Counted from the stretch's first letter, positions 13,589 to 27,730 are shown. The stretch: DNA of 64,000 nt from Octopus vulgaris (GCA_951406725.2 OX597816.1:68448001-68512000); one strand, 5' to 3'. Notes: generated by a model from the sequence alone, not told the origin. Translations and numbers: made by a program.

Positions 13589-13992
13589 TTTCTTTTTTTT
13601 ATTGCCCACAAGGGGTTAAACATAGAGGGGACAAACAAAGACAGACAAAGGGATTAAGTCGATTACATCGACCCCAGTGCGTAACTGGTACTTAATTTAT
13701 CGACCCCGAAAGGATGAAACGCAAATTTGAACTCAGAACGTAGCAGCAGACGAAATACCTATTTCTTTACTACCCACAAGGGGCTACACACAGAGGGGAC
13801 AAACAAGGACAGAGAAACGGATTAAGTCGATTATATCGACCCCTGTGCGTAACTGGTATTTATTTAATCGACCCCGAAAGGATGAAAGGCAAAGTCGACC
13901 TCGGCGGAATTTGAACTCAGAACGTAGCGGCAGACGAATTACCGCTAAGCATTTCATCCGGTGTGCTAACGATTCTGCCAGCTCGCCGCCTT
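13589..13992 (-). mobile_element. SINE family A dimer
   Basis: Two head-to-tail units. The 5' head AAGGCGGCGAGCTGGCAGAATCGTTAGC carries the B box GAGTTCAAATTCC and is followed by the core GCCTTTCATCCTTTCGGGGTCGAT, which from memory resembles the Meta/MESC SINE domain. Confidence 0.9.
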
Positions 13993-14623
13993 CTATACAG
14001 TTTCTGTCAGTCTAACTTCTTAGGTTTTGGTCGACGCTTAGGTTTTGGTCGACATTAAGCGTTCTGCAGTTTGCATTATGTGCTGAGAGACAGGGCTCAG
14101 TCATTAGTGCGAGGCAAATTTAGTCACCACTGGATACAAGATTGTCTTCCGCACGTTACATTTCTGAAATGATGTTCCTTGATGTTTTAAGCTTCAAATG
14201 AAAGTGCTTTGATCTTATCAAGTTCTATGTCTCTACACGAGAAGAAATTTCCTTTTTATCTATCGCAGTGAAGATGAACAGCAAAGAAATATAAGAAAAA
14301 GAAGGTATGTGCTTCCCATCAGTTTTTATCTCAAATCATGGTGATGCTGAGCCGCTTGATAGCACTGAACACATGATGTCATGATGATAGCCGATGTTGG
14401 TAAGGAATTTTTGTGAAATGTCAAGTTTCTGACATAATTTTCAAGAGTTATTCACAACCTAGGTTTTTCACATCGTACGACAAAAGATCTAGTGACCTTG
14501 TGCGAAAGTTCTTGAGTTCATTTACCTGTTTGGCGATTCTATTCAGCCACATACAATAAATATTAAGGCGGAAAGAACTCCTGGTTAAAGTGAAGGCATT
14601 GTAGGAATGTTAACGAGCCATTT

Positions 14624-14820
14624 AAGGCGGCGAGCTGGCATTCCGACTTTACATTACGACTTCAAATTCCGCCGAGGTCGACTTTGCCTTTCATCCTTTC
14701 GAGGTCGATAAATTAAGTACCAGTTACGCACTGGGGTCGCTGTAATCGGCTTAATCCCTTTGCCTGTCCCTGTTTGTCCCCTCTGTGTTTAGCCCCTTGT
14801 GGGCAATAAAGAAATAAGAA
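14624..14820 (+). mobile_element. SINE family A with internal deletion
   Basis: Head AAGGCGGCGAGCTGGCA, core, and tail CCCCTTGTGGGCAATAAAGAAAT. Diverged AATGTTAACG flanking duplication. Confidence 0.85.
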
Positions 14821-15737
14821 ATGTTAACGTGTCAGTGATACGCCCAAAACGTTCAGGTATGAACAGAGATTATGTCCAACAGTGGACATTTATATGGTAT
14901 GTTCACTCTTTCGATACGAATACAACAAAAAATATACACCAATAGCAATAATGAAATGCGTAATATAACCATCTGTGTATCATATTAGATACATACTGTA
15001 GATAGGCCAGTTACAGCAGCATTTGTACTGAGATAAATACTGCAGTAATTACAATAATAGAAAAAGTGAATAAAATATTTACAGATGTTGGAAATAATTA
15101 ACCATCGAGTGATTTATTGACTTTTTCCCATATCGGAGACTACGAGTTGTAGTCCGAGCATATGACTGGCTGCGAGTTCACACACGACACTGAAAAATTC
15201 CCAGAGGCCGAATTGCATCTAATGCTCACGAGTGATGTTGCTGGGACGAATTTTCGCCTCTCTCTCTCTATTTTTTTTGGTTTTTGACACAGCAAGTTCG
15301 TAAAAAATGATGTTATCACAAGACGAACACAGTAAGAACTGGCTTATCGAATGTGTATTTATATTACATGCGATACACAGATAGCTATTCTTAGTAATTA
15401 TTACTTTAACTGCGAAAACCGAATGAAAGGCGTAGTTTAAAGTATTTATTGGTAACAAAAATTTGTTATAAAACATTTGTTAAAAAAAATACAGAAAATA
15501 TTTTAATAATTACATTTATCAATAGAGATAAAGGCAAGCTAATTAAAAGTTATTGATATAGTCGAGGTTATGAATATTTTGTACACCAAGCAAAGCAGAA
15601 CTAAAGAACCAAAATACGAAAAGTAGTAGGGGTGGGGGAAGTGAATATGTTAGGTATATACAAACTGGTAGAGATAAAATAGTAGTACACCCATATCAGC
15701 AGGTGTTATTAACCGTAACAATATTATGCTCATATTT

Positions 15738-15850
15738 AAGGCAGCGAGCTGGCAGAATCGTTAGCGAGTCAGGCGAAATGCGTAGCGGTGTTTCGTCTGT
15801 TGCTGTGTTCAAATTCCACCGAGGTCGACTTTGCTTTTCATCATGTCGAT
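15738..15850 (+). mobile_element. SINE family A, 5' part
   Basis: AAGGCAGCGAGCTGGCAGAATCGTTAGC...GTTCAAATTCCACCGAGGTCGACTTTGC. Confidence 0.8.
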
Positions 15851-15865
15851 GTTAACGATTTTCTG

Positions 15866-16551
15866 GGAAGGCAACAACGCAACGGAAATACAAGAAATAT
15901 TAATGCAGCATTTGAGGATCGGACAATAAGCGTAAGTCAGTGTTAACGGCGCTTCCAGTGTTAACGGAGGCGACAACCCAGGACAGGAGCTTCGTCCTGG
16001 AACATCTGCGGAGCTCGACGAGGACGTCCTGCAAAACCTGGTGGAACAAAATCCCATCGTAACTGTTGAGGAACTAGCAGAGAAGCTTGGATTTGGTCAT
16101 TCAACCATTCATCGATACCTGCGCTAGAAGAAAAACGATCATGTTTGGTTTCAAGACGAAAGGTGTTTTTCCATCAGGATAATGCTCGACCACATACAGC
16201 GAGGATGGCATTCCAAAAGCTGGGGCAGTTTGAATGGGAAATGATGCCCCACCCACCATATTCGATGGAGATTTATTTCCCCATCTGATTATCACTTATT
16301 CTGCAGTCTTCAAAATCATTTAGACGAAAAAATATGAATTCGCTAGACGAGGTCAGAACAGTACTGGAGGAGTAGTTTTCGTCACGGACAAGTGAATCTT
16401 GGAAGAGCGGCATTGCAAGTCAACCAGATAGATGGAAGAACATTGTAGAAAAAGAAGGAGAGTATATTTTAGATTGAAAAAGAACTTTGTTTATCTTAAT
16501 TTTGAAAAATATAAGTGTAAATAAATCTCATTAGTTATGATATGACCAATA
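15866..16551 (+). pseudogene. Mariner transposase relic (internal deletion, frameshifts, stops) with 3' TIR
   Basis: HTH region DEDVLQNLVEQNPIVTVEELAEKLGFGHSTIHRYL (16017), HQDNARPH (16172), HPPYS..PSDYHLF, and DRWKNIVEKEGEYILD* (stop 16475). Ends GACCAATA followed by TA. Confidence 0.92.
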
Positions 16552-16674
16552 TATATATATTTGTGTGTGTGTGCGTGTATGAGTGTGTTTGCGTGTGTGT
16601 GCGTGCGTGTGTGCACGTATGTAGTTCTGTTTGTGTGTACATATATGTATATATATTTACATATAACTGCATAA

Positions 16675-16730
<56 letters not shown>

Positions 16731-17214
16731 GCGCACACACGTATGCACGCACACACACCACACGCACACATACATGCACAGAGTCACATACACATATGTA
16801 TGTACACGCGTGAATACGCATTCATACACGGATATATACCCAAATGAACATCCATGATACTGCATCACACCCATATTACTGGCCTTGTACCTAAGCAAAA
16901 GAAACTCCATCATTATGCGTTTATTATATACCAAATCAGAAACCTTACCGTTGTACTTCAAAACGCCTGTCGTATGAAGTGACGAGTACGTTCTAATTGT
17001 TCTTAAACAAGTGGAACAACATCTTTTGCATATGTATTCGTTGTAGAGGTTTCAGCCATAATAACAAACTGGCTTGTTATCCTATCGACCCGACTGGCCA
17101 ACCGGTATTTTTTAACATGCTATGTGTCACTTAATACATAAGCATAGATCATCGATATTCTGTGTCTTTTAAATATACGATGTATGATATAATATGATAT
17201 AGTATCTATCCATC

Positions 17215-17216
17215 AG

Positions 17217-17287
<71 letters not shown>

Positions 17288-17293
17288 CTGTCA

Positions 17294-17337
<44 letters not shown>

Positions 17338-17342
17338 GTCTG

Positions 17343-17409
<67 letters not shown>

Positions 17410-17435
17410 GTATATCTATCTGTCTGTCTGTCTGT
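17215..17435. repeat. (TC)n + (TCTA/TCTG)n microsatellite
   Basis: Seen directly in the sequence. Confidence 0.95.
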
Positions 17436-17953
17436 ACATGTGTGTGTTTATGCATACATATATACATATATACGTATATACACACACACAAAAGCACTCG
17501 CGCACACACACAAAAGCACTCGCGCGCACACACACACACACAAACGTATATGGTGAAAAACATCAGAATCTGAAGGAAAAATCTATTGATAAGACGATGC
17601 ATAGACGGAAAACGAAACACGACTTGTCAGATAAATAAATAGACAAGCATAGCAAACAGCGTTGAGCTGAAATCAAATCTGATTTGGAAACAGGGAAACA
17701 AGAGGGATTGTTTGAAGTCAAACTGTAAATCAATGAGTTATGTAATTATACTTGTCGATACAAGTATAATGCAATTATACTGGTTTCTTACTAAATCCAG
17801 TTCTTTGTATGTTATAAGGGAGATGATGTTTTATGCTGGTAATAATAAAGGAGATTGCAGCTATTCATAGCCATCTTTTCGAGCAACGCGTATTGACAAG
17901 ACTCAATGTAAATCTAGGATTTACATATCGTATCACTGACGCTTGCGAATCCA

Positions 17954-17965
17954 ACTACTACTACG

Positions 17966-17999
<34 letters not shown>

Positions 18000-18059
18000 T
18001 CACCACCACCGCCGCCGCCGCTACTACTACTACTACTACTATCACCACCACCGCCGCCG

Positions 18060-18132
<73 letters not shown>
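17954..18132. repeat. (TAC)n microsatellite with duplicated (CAC)(CGC) interruptions
   Basis: Seen directly in the sequence. It gives rise to the poly-Y, poly-L and poly-S ORFs. Confidence 0.95.
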
Positions 18133-18247
18133 AACAAAACCTGCACACTCACAAATGGTTTTCAGCGAATGATACGAGAGAAATCAATATACGGGGATTG
18201 AAATTAACTTAAATGTTATCGATATGTAGACTTGTATGGGATATTGC

Positions 18248-18338
<91 letters not shown>

Positions 18339-18697
18339 AATATGTATGCACATACACATGCACACATATGCTTATATATCTATTCGTACTACAACACACG
18401 TACAGACACACACAAGCGCACATACGCACACATATACGCACACGTATACACACACACGCGCACACGCTCAGATATCATATAATACAAAGCGGAACGCAGA
18501 AATACGTACATTTCTTGAAATTAATTAAAAGAAGCCTTACAACAATACATTCTCTTCGACACAAGGTCGAATTACTTTATATAAAGCTTTTTGAAGAAAT
18601 ACAAGAATCCATTGAAAGAATTTTATCGATTACAAAACACCAACTGGTTAGTAAAAGGAATAGTGATATAACACACATTCATAATGGGGTTTGATAA

Positions 18698-18765
<68 letters not shown>

Positions 18766-19931
18766 CTAGCTAAAGGTGAGCCGCTCTACGCGCGGGTAAG
18801 AGTGTGGTTGTTACTTTCTGTTGCTTCCTTTCAGCACGTAAAAAGCACCATCCGAACGTGGCCGATTGCAGCGCCGCCTTGACTGGCTTCTGTGCCGGTG
18901 GCACGTAAAAAGCACCAACCGATCGTGGCCGCTGCCAGCCCCCCTGGCACCTGTGCCGGCGGCACGAAAAATGCACCCACTACACTCACAGAGTGGTTTG
19001 CGTTAGGAAGGGCATCCACCTGTAGAAACGCTGCCAGATCAGACTGGAGCCTGGTGCAGACTCCTGGCTTCCCAGACCCCGGTCAAACTGTCCAACCCGT
19101 GCTAGCACGGAAAATGGACGTTAAACTATGATGATGATGATGATTCTCCCTCTTTGTTTCTCTCTCCTTTCTCTCTCACTTTCCCACTCTGTTACTCTTC
19201 CTTTCTCTCGGACTCTCCCTCACTTTATCTATCTCTCTCCCATTTATAAACAACAAAAGATCTTGAGTAAGTTGAGAAATAAAATATTTAGAAAGATCAA
19301 TCATAAATATCAGGCAGTAACAACGGAAAGGTCTGCTTCAAGGCAGACAGCAAAACACTAACATTTAAAAGGGACAGACGAAGTTGCGAGCTGAATAAAA
19401 ATAATAAAATATTGGAAACCAAAGTTTGAAGGGATAGAATTTGAGGATAGTAGAGTCACCAAGGCTGGCATTTCTTAACGACGGACAGCAACGTATTGAC
19501 AGTTTAACGGCTGGCGTAAAATTTGGACCTTGATGTAAAAGAAAATCCCTAAACACCAAATTTTGAAGTGATTCTTTCTCACGACAGTAGACTCACCATG
19601 GCAAGCATTCAAAACTTCTTCATCATGGACGGCAACACATTGACGATTAAAAGGCTGGCACAAATTTTTTAGCTTGATGTAACAGAGAATTCCTAAACAA
19701 CCGCTTCTTTAAATTTTAATCCCCTTCCAGCCCCATTTAGACCCCTTTTCACATTTTGGTTAATATAACCCGATTTCATTCGGGTCTACTGGGGCCACAT
19801 TTTATAAGATGAGGAATTTTGTCCTAGAGGTCACGCGTTTCATTTGAGGAAAAAAATAGTTGTCATGCAAACTTGCCAGCACTTTTAACATAGGTGTGCA
19901 TATTTTCAGCTCAACCGACCACATAATGCAC

Positions 19932-19996
<65 letters not shown>

Positions 19997-20753
19997 GTGT
20001 GTGTGTGTGTGTTGGAGTCTTTCTCATACGTGAGCGTTGACGCTGAATTCGACTGGTAAGCAGGTAACCTTGTGTTTGTTCAAATAGTTGTGAGCTGCTG
20101 GAGTTATTTCTCTGACGGGTAATAGGAATTTCCATATCCTCCGAGGAAACGAACTGTTGACCCAGACAATTAGGATTAATTTTAATAAAAGCATCAATTT
20201 AAGAAAAAATAATAAAGTAGTAAGAAATGAAAATTTAGCACGAAAAATTTGCAGGGTTCTAAATAAATGTTAAATTGTAATAGATACAAAAAACCTACGT
20301 TATCACCAGAACACGAACGCTCGTTGGTGTGTTCTGTTTGTATTTGCTCCATCGGCGCGTTGACAGGCAGATAATAGAATGCGATGGCGAGATTCATAAT
20401 ATTTATTCTCATGATTGTGTTGTGGTGGTGGTGGCGATTATAATTCTCTATATGAATGCAGACAGCGAGATATAGAAGGACGTTTGAGAAAGTGAAAGTG
20501 ATGGGAATGTAGGAAATAGAGTGAGTGAAAAAGTGCGAGGAAGACAGATACATTAAAGAATGAGAGTGGACTTGTCGAAGTGGGTTTTTGGCCCTAGCAA
20601 CGACACCTTTTAAGATAGGGATTTCTAAGGTAGCCCACGGGCATCGTCACCTCATTTTACATGTCCCTGTAAATTTTGGAGTCAATCCGACGGGATGTAG
20701 TGGCCTTGAAAGCGATCCAAGCGGTCCAAACGCATTTCAGTTTTATATATAGA
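18766..20753 (-). mobile_element. Non-autonomous Helitron-like element with nested insertions
   Basis: On the minus strand it begins TC (TCTATATATAAAACTG) after an A and ends with the hairpin CCGC-GCGTAGA-GCGG followed by CTAG before a T, i.e. canonical A^T insertion. Internal ~137-bp diverged tandem at 19450-19702. Confidence 0.65.
18832..19144 (+). mobile_element. 5'-truncated SINE with internal GGCACGTAAAAAGCACC repeats and (ATG)n tail
   Basis: Three GCACG(T/A)AAAA...GCACC units, then GCGTTAGGAAGGGCATCCA, ending GGACGTTAAAC followed by (TGA)n. Confidence 0.75.
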
Positions 20754-20860
20754 TATATATATATATATCATGCATATATATACTACATGCATGCACACAC
20801 ACACAAACACTCACACAATACATGCAGGTGTGTATATATAGAGGGAGGCAATTAAGCGGA

Positions 20861-21157
20861 TGTGGAGGCACAGGGCCTAGTGGTTAGAGCAGCGGACTCG
20901 TGGTCGAGGGATCGCGGGTTGAAATCTGAGACCGGGCGATGTGTGTGCTTATGAGCGAAAGCACCTAAGCTCCACGCGGCTCCGGCAGAAGGTAATGGCG
21001 AAAGTCTGCTGACTCTTTCGTCACAACTTTTTCTCATTCTTTCCTGCTGCATTTTGCAATTCACCTGCGACGGACTGGGGAACCTATACGAGAAAGGTAA
21101 CCGGGAAACCGGCCCTTATGAGCCAGGGTTGGCTCGAGAAAGAACAAACTACAACAA
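20861..21157 (+). mobile_element. SINE family C with tail type 1
   Basis: Colinear with 12045-12330. Confidence 0.9.
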
Positions 21158-22968
21158 TTATGTGGATATATAAATTAGATACATCAAATGCATTACATAT
21201 ATTAGATATATTGATTGTATTGGTTTGGGTATGAAATACAAAATATGTGTATATGTATACATGCAAAACTAGAAAAAAAAATCATTTTAAAAAATTTCAA
21301 TGTTGACAAATTAAAATGTTTCAATGTTGATAAATTAACATGTTCAAAACCGAAGGTGTAAGTTTGAATGTTCATAGCTGTGTATCTATTTGTTTGAATG
21401 TACAAAATTCATTAATTTTAGAGGTGGTCGACAAGTCATGCTGAAAAAATACAGCATAAAAGATGGGAATTTAGTTTACAGTTTTTCTGATCCTCTTCTA
21501 ATAGACGCTTTCAAGTTTATATGCCACCTTCTATTGGCATATAAACTCTCCCTATATATATATACACACACACATACAAATGCGTATTTCAGTCAGTGGA
21601 CTGGGCCAACATTCATACACACACAGACGTAAACCCACACACATATGTATATGTATGCATACACATATTCATATATTGATTATGTATATTTATTGATTAT
21701 ACATATATTTTAATAAAGCAATTCGGGTACGCTAGCCACGAAAGAGTTGATAGGAATCGGCAACTGAAATTTCGCTCGACAAGTAAAAAGCGATAGACAT
21801 TAAGTCACAGTGTAGGTAGGTAATTATTTCCACCACGAACAACACGATAAACACGGATCTGTCGTGTACTGTACCAAGCATAAGTCATAACTTATCTGAT
21901 GACGAAGATTAAGAATTATCGATAAATATTTTATGCCAACGTCATCCTGGATCACGATCGGCTATATTGACGAAAATTACCCGGATGTACATGAATATTT
22001 TATGGACGCGCATCAACTTTTAAATTAGAATATAAATGCAATTTTGATGACATATATATATATATGAGCAAAACGCCCCCGTCCAATGGACGGCGCTGAG
22101 TTGTCAAGCATTTAAACCAAATTTTCTCAAAACAACTTGTCCGACCGTCCCATAGGCCTCCCCTTTGAGAAACACTGATTTAACATAAATTTGAGACAAC
22201 AGTAAAAGAAGAAATAAAGATAGACTTTTTCTATTCCAAAGAAAAAACGATTTTATTTACACAAATATGCAACCGAAGAGTTTAAAGTACCAGTAATGAT
22301 AAGGCTGTTGACTGAGAGAACACAAACATGGTTTAAACAGAAAGCTTGGCAGGAAAGAAACGTGCCTTTAAGCAGTACAAAAACAACAAAGAATGGAAGG
22401 TGCAGTTATGTACAGGTTGACGGAAGAAAAGCAGGACAAAAACGATGCGTGCAAATGGGTTAGCTGGAGGTAAATCTAGATAGAAAAGCATGATGAATTT
22501 ATGAGAACGTACCTGGGACAATAATAAGTTTATCCGATAAAACATGTAGGAAATCAACTTGGAGCGATTTTTGATGAAATGCGACAACCTAGGGAACTAA
22601 GTAACTAATTTTGAGCTAACTTACCTTACGGGATGTTCAAGGGCATGGGAAATCAAATGGAGCACAGCCTTGTAAACCACATTCCTTGTTACTCCGTCTG
22701 GAGCCTAATAGAAAAGGTTTGTCGAACAGGCAACCCAAGTATCGATCGCAACAACCGATGTACTTGCGCGTACAAATGCACGTTCTTTATGTTACTTGTC
22801 CTGTTTTCCATCTGTTTCTCTCGTTGTTTGCGTTTTGAATTCATTTGTTTCGTATCTGTTTTTCGTCGTTTACTGTTGGTGACAGCCTGTACCCATATAT
22901 GCATATGTATGTAGTATGTATGTATGTATGTATGTATGTATGTATGTATGTATGTATGTATGTACTCC

Positions 22969-23449
22969 AAATAAGCAACAAGAATATCTTCGGTAATTTG
23001 GTACGATCATTTCGGGGTACATCATTTTATGAAACATTGTAAGTATTACAATGAATATCCTTCCCCACCTTCTAGCAGTTCAAAATAACTTAACAAATAT
23101 TCTTCAGTCAGAAGATAAATTCTATTACCTTAATGTTCTTAAAATTCAAATCGACATCTCTGTCTATATATCCTATCCTCCTTATAATGTTATCAATTAA
23201 TTTGAAAATATATATTAATGGGAAACCCCTATAAATGGCTGATGATTGCTCAACATTTTAAAACTGCTGTAATACTTACAACGTTTAATAAAATGATGTA
23301 GCGTGAAACGATCGTACCAAATTACCGAAGATATTCTTGTTGCTTATTTTGATTATAATCACTCCATGGATTTATATGGATAGCAGCCTACAAAATTCTG
23401 GTGCATCTAACTTAAGTACCATATTCATTTAAATCTAAATTTTGCTGAA

Positions 23450-23455
<6 letters not shown>
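22969..23455 (+). mobile_element. Penelope-like non-coding element with inverted arms and a hammerhead
   Basis: Arms 22969-23050 and 23268-23349 are reverse complements. The element is flanked by (TGTA)n and (TA)n, and its end GGTGCATCTAA...GTACCATATTCA recurs inverted near 28100-28130. Confidence 0.65.
23236..23319 (+). ncRNA. Type I hammerhead ribozyme candidate with extended stem II
   Basis: TGG-CTGATGA(23239)-long hairpin (TGCT/AGCG, CAACATTTTA/TAAAATGATG, TGTAA/TTACA)-GAAA(23305)-palindromic stem III ACGATCGT-A-CCA. Predicted cleavage after GUA at 23316. Confidence 0.7.
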
Positions 23456-23487
<32 letters not shown>

Positions 23488-24166
23488 TATATATATATTT
23501 ATTTTATTATTTGATTGATTGCCACGTATCCATTTCAAAGTAAGTTTATCTCATATATATATATATATATATTGTAACTAAATTCTGTTTTTAAATGACT
23601 TGCTTTGAAGTTTTGCATTCGGTACAATTTGTTTATTTTAGTAGTTTTTACTGCAAGAGTGCCTCCTAGCGTGCGGTACCTATGAATAATAGTACCCTCT
23701 ATATTTTATATATATATTTATGATTAAGAATTTGTGTTGCAAGATTCCTGATTTGAAACAGATATCGTTGTATATCGGGATGGTTTTTTGTTTTTGCCAA
23801 ATATACACACAATACATATTCCTTCTTACCTCATTTATTATAACTCGTGTCCATTGTCCTGAAACCTTTCGTCATACATCTGTGACCTGTTCAGTGACAC
23901 TTTCTGTGTTCGTGTGTGCTCCTGCTCCTACTCCGCTTAGCCATCACCCTTGTGGGTCATTGGGGCATTGTAGCCACGCAGCGTATCTAGGGCATGAAAC
24001 CCTAGCGGAAGCTTGTCCTTTCCAGGTTAAACTAGTTTCTACAACCGAGTGGACTGGAACAACGTGAAGTGAAGTGTTTTGCTCGCCTGGTCTATGAATC
24101 GAAACCAAAATCTTACGATCGTTAGTCCAACACCCTAACCACTAAGCCACGTGCCTCTACTGTATG

Positions 24167-24200
<34 letters not shown>

Positions 24201-24450
24201 TGTATGTATGTATGTATGTATGTATGTATGTATGTGTGCGTGTGTATGTGTACACGCACACAGACACACACACACATATATACATACATTATTAGTTGAT
24301 TCTCTGTCTGAAGAATTTGTAATAAAAAGTTTCTTACCTTTTTAACCATGTACAATTTTGTGATTCATATTAGCAAATAAAGCTTGTGAAATAGTGAATT
24401 ATTAACATCCAAAAATATTCCAATATACTTATTTTGCTTTACATATATTT

Positions 24451-25084
24451 ATTTCTTTACTACCCACAAAGGGCTAAACACAGAGAGGACAAACAAGGAC
24501 AGACAAACGGATTAAGTCGATTATATCGACCCCAGTACGTAACTGGTACTTATTTAATCGACCCCGAAAGGATGAAAGGCAAATTTCGACCTCGGCCGAA
24601 TTTGAACTCAGAACGTAGTGGCAGACGAAATACCGCTAGGAATTTCGCCCGGCGTGCTAACGATTCTTATGTCTTTATTGCCCACAAGGGGCTAAACAGA
24701 GAGGGGACAAACAAGGACAGACAAAGGGATTAAGTCGATTATATCGACCCCAGTGCGTAACTCGTACTTAATTTATCGACCTCGAAAGGATGAAAGGCAA
24801 AGTCGACATCGGAGGAATTTGTACTCAGAACGTAACAGCAGACGAAATACCTATTTCTTTACTACTCACAAGGGGTTAAACATAAAGAGGACAAACAAGG
24901 ACAGACAAACGGATTAAGTCGATTACATCGACCCCAGTGCATAACTGGTACTTATTTAATCGACCCCGATAGGATGAAAGGCAAAGTCGACCTCGGCGGA
25001 ATTTGAACTCAGAGCGTAACGGCAGACGAAATACGGCTACGCATTTCGCCCGGCGTGCTAACGTTTCTGCCAGCTCGCCGCCTT
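24451..25084 (-). mobile_element. SINE family A trimer flanked by one 11-bp TSD
   Basis: Three head-to-tail units. TTACATATATT occurs at 24439-24449 and 25083-25093. Confidence 0.9.
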
Positions 25085-26122
25085 ACATATATTCACATAT
25101 ATTCACAACAAAATAGAGATCATGCTGTAAAAACACATAAGAACAAAATAATATGGAAAAAAACAAGAAAATTTAGATGTTACACTGCACTGAAGTCATG
25201 AAAGGACTTCAGTATCACTGTATATTCTAAGTCTATTTCACTTCATATTTGTTTGTGATTTTGATAGAAGGTCGCAAGTTTGAAGGGAGTGGGTTATTCG
25301 ATTAAATTGACTGCATTTCTTGACTGATACCTTAATTTCTCGGCCTTGGGATGGATGAAAGAAAAGTAATCTCGGTAGTATTGAAGCATAGACTATAAAG
25401 GGCCGTAACTACACGGAGCAAAGCATTTTGTCTTAAGCTCTGGCTATTCTACTAAACGGCTACCTTTATTGTGTTCTCAGAATATTATAAATGTTTCTGC
25501 TCTTTGATTCCTAAATGTTTAATACAAAGTGATGGATATTGTTTACTTGATATAAATACCGCCTAGACAATAGTGTGTGTGTGTGTGTTTATGTCTATGT
25601 GTGTGTATACTTGTTTGTGCAGTTAAACGTTTAAATGCACTATCAAACAACGCCGTTTTGTTACTAAATACTTAAGAAACACACTAATGCTACATCATCT
25701 GTCGTTATGTACAGCAATCGAGCGACTTCAAACATTTAGAACGAAGCAAATCGAACAGCTTTCTTTCTTTAGACCAATAGGGCGAAGTATGTTTAATGGA
25801 AAATCTATGATTTCCATTAAACGTATTTTTCGCACCTTCCTCTGCGTGCGTGTGTGTGTATGTGCACGGGCCTGTGTGTGCGTGTGTGTGTGGTCTTTGT
25901 GTGTATGTTTGTATGTGTGTGTGCGTGCGTGCGCACCGGTGTTCAGGAAGAATTACAGACAGTCACACTCTTACAACTGAAATGTAAAGCTAAAGCGCTG
26001 TGAATTGACAGAATTTTTAAGTACGTAGGATAAAAACCCACAACGCAATCTTTTCCTCTTTCGAAGATCAGGGTTCAAATTCCTCAAAGGTAATCTTTGT
26101 TTTACTTTCGTAAGTTGGGGGC

Positions 26123-26440
26123 TGTGGAGGCGCAATGGCCTAGTAGTTAGGGCAAAGGACTCGCGGTCAGAGGATCGCGGCTTCGATTCCCAGACCGAGC
26201 TTTGTGTGTGTTTATTGAGCGAGAACACCTAAAGCTTCACGATGCTCCGGCAGGGGGTGGGGGGTGGCGACCCCTGTTGTACTCTTTCGCCCCAACTTTC
26301 TCTCACTCTTTCTTCCTGTTTCTTGACTAACGCTGCGATGGACTGGCGTCCCGTCCAGCTGGGGGGAACACATACGCCATAGAAACCGGGAAACCGGGCC
26401 CATGAATCTGGCTAGGCTTGAAAAGGGCGTATAAATAAAC
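26123..26440 (+). mobile_element. SINE family C with tail type 1 variant
   Basis: C head TGTGGAGGCGCAATGGCCTAGT, then GACTGGCGTCCCGTCCAGCTGGGG...GAAACCGGGAAACCGGGCCC. Confidence 0.9.
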
Positions 26441-27570
26441 AAAATTTTGGGGGCTAATAAATGAAATACCAATTCTGATTTCGATTCTTCATTCTTTCTC
26501 GATGTTATACCCGTTAAAGAAAGGCACTGCCTTGTTACATATCTTATCTCGCTTACCCGGCCTGAGAAATATCTGAAGCACAAACGTATCTTCGAAAGAC
26601 TCGGCAACTTAAACATTCATTTCCATTGTAGGAATTCTATAGGTCAAACAAATGAATGCTCAGCATTCACAGAGAATATGTCATCACATAGAACCACATG
26701 CATCGTTATTTGTTCAATATTCTATTCTTGTAAACTCGGGGACAAAAATCGATATTTTTTTATCAATATATTCGATATATTTATGTAGAATTATGAATTC
26801 ATATTTTTATGAATATATTATTTCTGGACAAAGACTTTACAATTTATTCTTGCTGTTGGCTCGTAAATAGAAGTGACGAATGTTTGTTTGCATGCTATAT
26901 TCGTATATTATATTTATATATCTGAATATTTCATTCGCCGGTTGAAACCTTTAACTCCTATCATTTGAAATATCTTTATATTCGAGTAAAAAAAAATATC
27001 TTCATTTCTATACAAAACTTTACATGACTGAACGGAGAGCGTTGTGAAGAGTAAAGATTTACTGATTTTATATGCTCCTTAGGGCGCTCTTACAACTCAA
27101 CACATTGGGGCAATGTCAACTACAGTAGCCTCCGGTCGAATAATTAAAAGAGAGCTTTTGGGAAACCGGGTTCATCTGTTTGGAATCGAAGCGTACATGC
27201 CCAATGCAGTCCGTGATACATCGAATACTATTTTGTTACCGTGCGGTGATTCTCTTCCACATATTGTTTCAAATTTATTAAATTGTATGCCCTGCCATAC
27301 GAACTTGGAGTTGGCTCTCGTTTTATACACCAATAATATGCCCTTTCATGCAGAGGCATATCCAGGTTCTTAAGTTGGTTGGAACGAGCAGATAAAAAAG
27401 ATGCCATGACACATACCAAACAATTTAAAACTAATTTCTCTTACATTACAGTTATTGGTAACTAAGGATCGAAAAAAAAAAAAACTGGTGAAAAGGCGCC
27501 AATTTTGAAAAATGTTTCCTTTCTTCCTCTATTAGTTACGCCATTGGTTTCATGGTTCAATTGTAATATA

Positions 27571-27730
27571 GGCGCAGGAGTGGCTGTGTGGTAAGTAGCT
27601 TGCTTACCAACCACATGGTTCCGGGTTCAGTCCCACTGCGTGGCACCTTGGGCAAATGGCTTCTACTATAGCCTCGGGCCGACCAAAGAGTTGTGAGTGG
27701 ATTTGGTAGACAGAAACTGAAAGAAACCCG

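Noticed and set aside
21890-21960. CTGATGA core as a hammerhead (likewise 24308 and 43675)
   Set aside because: No properly placed GAAA with paired stems I and III.
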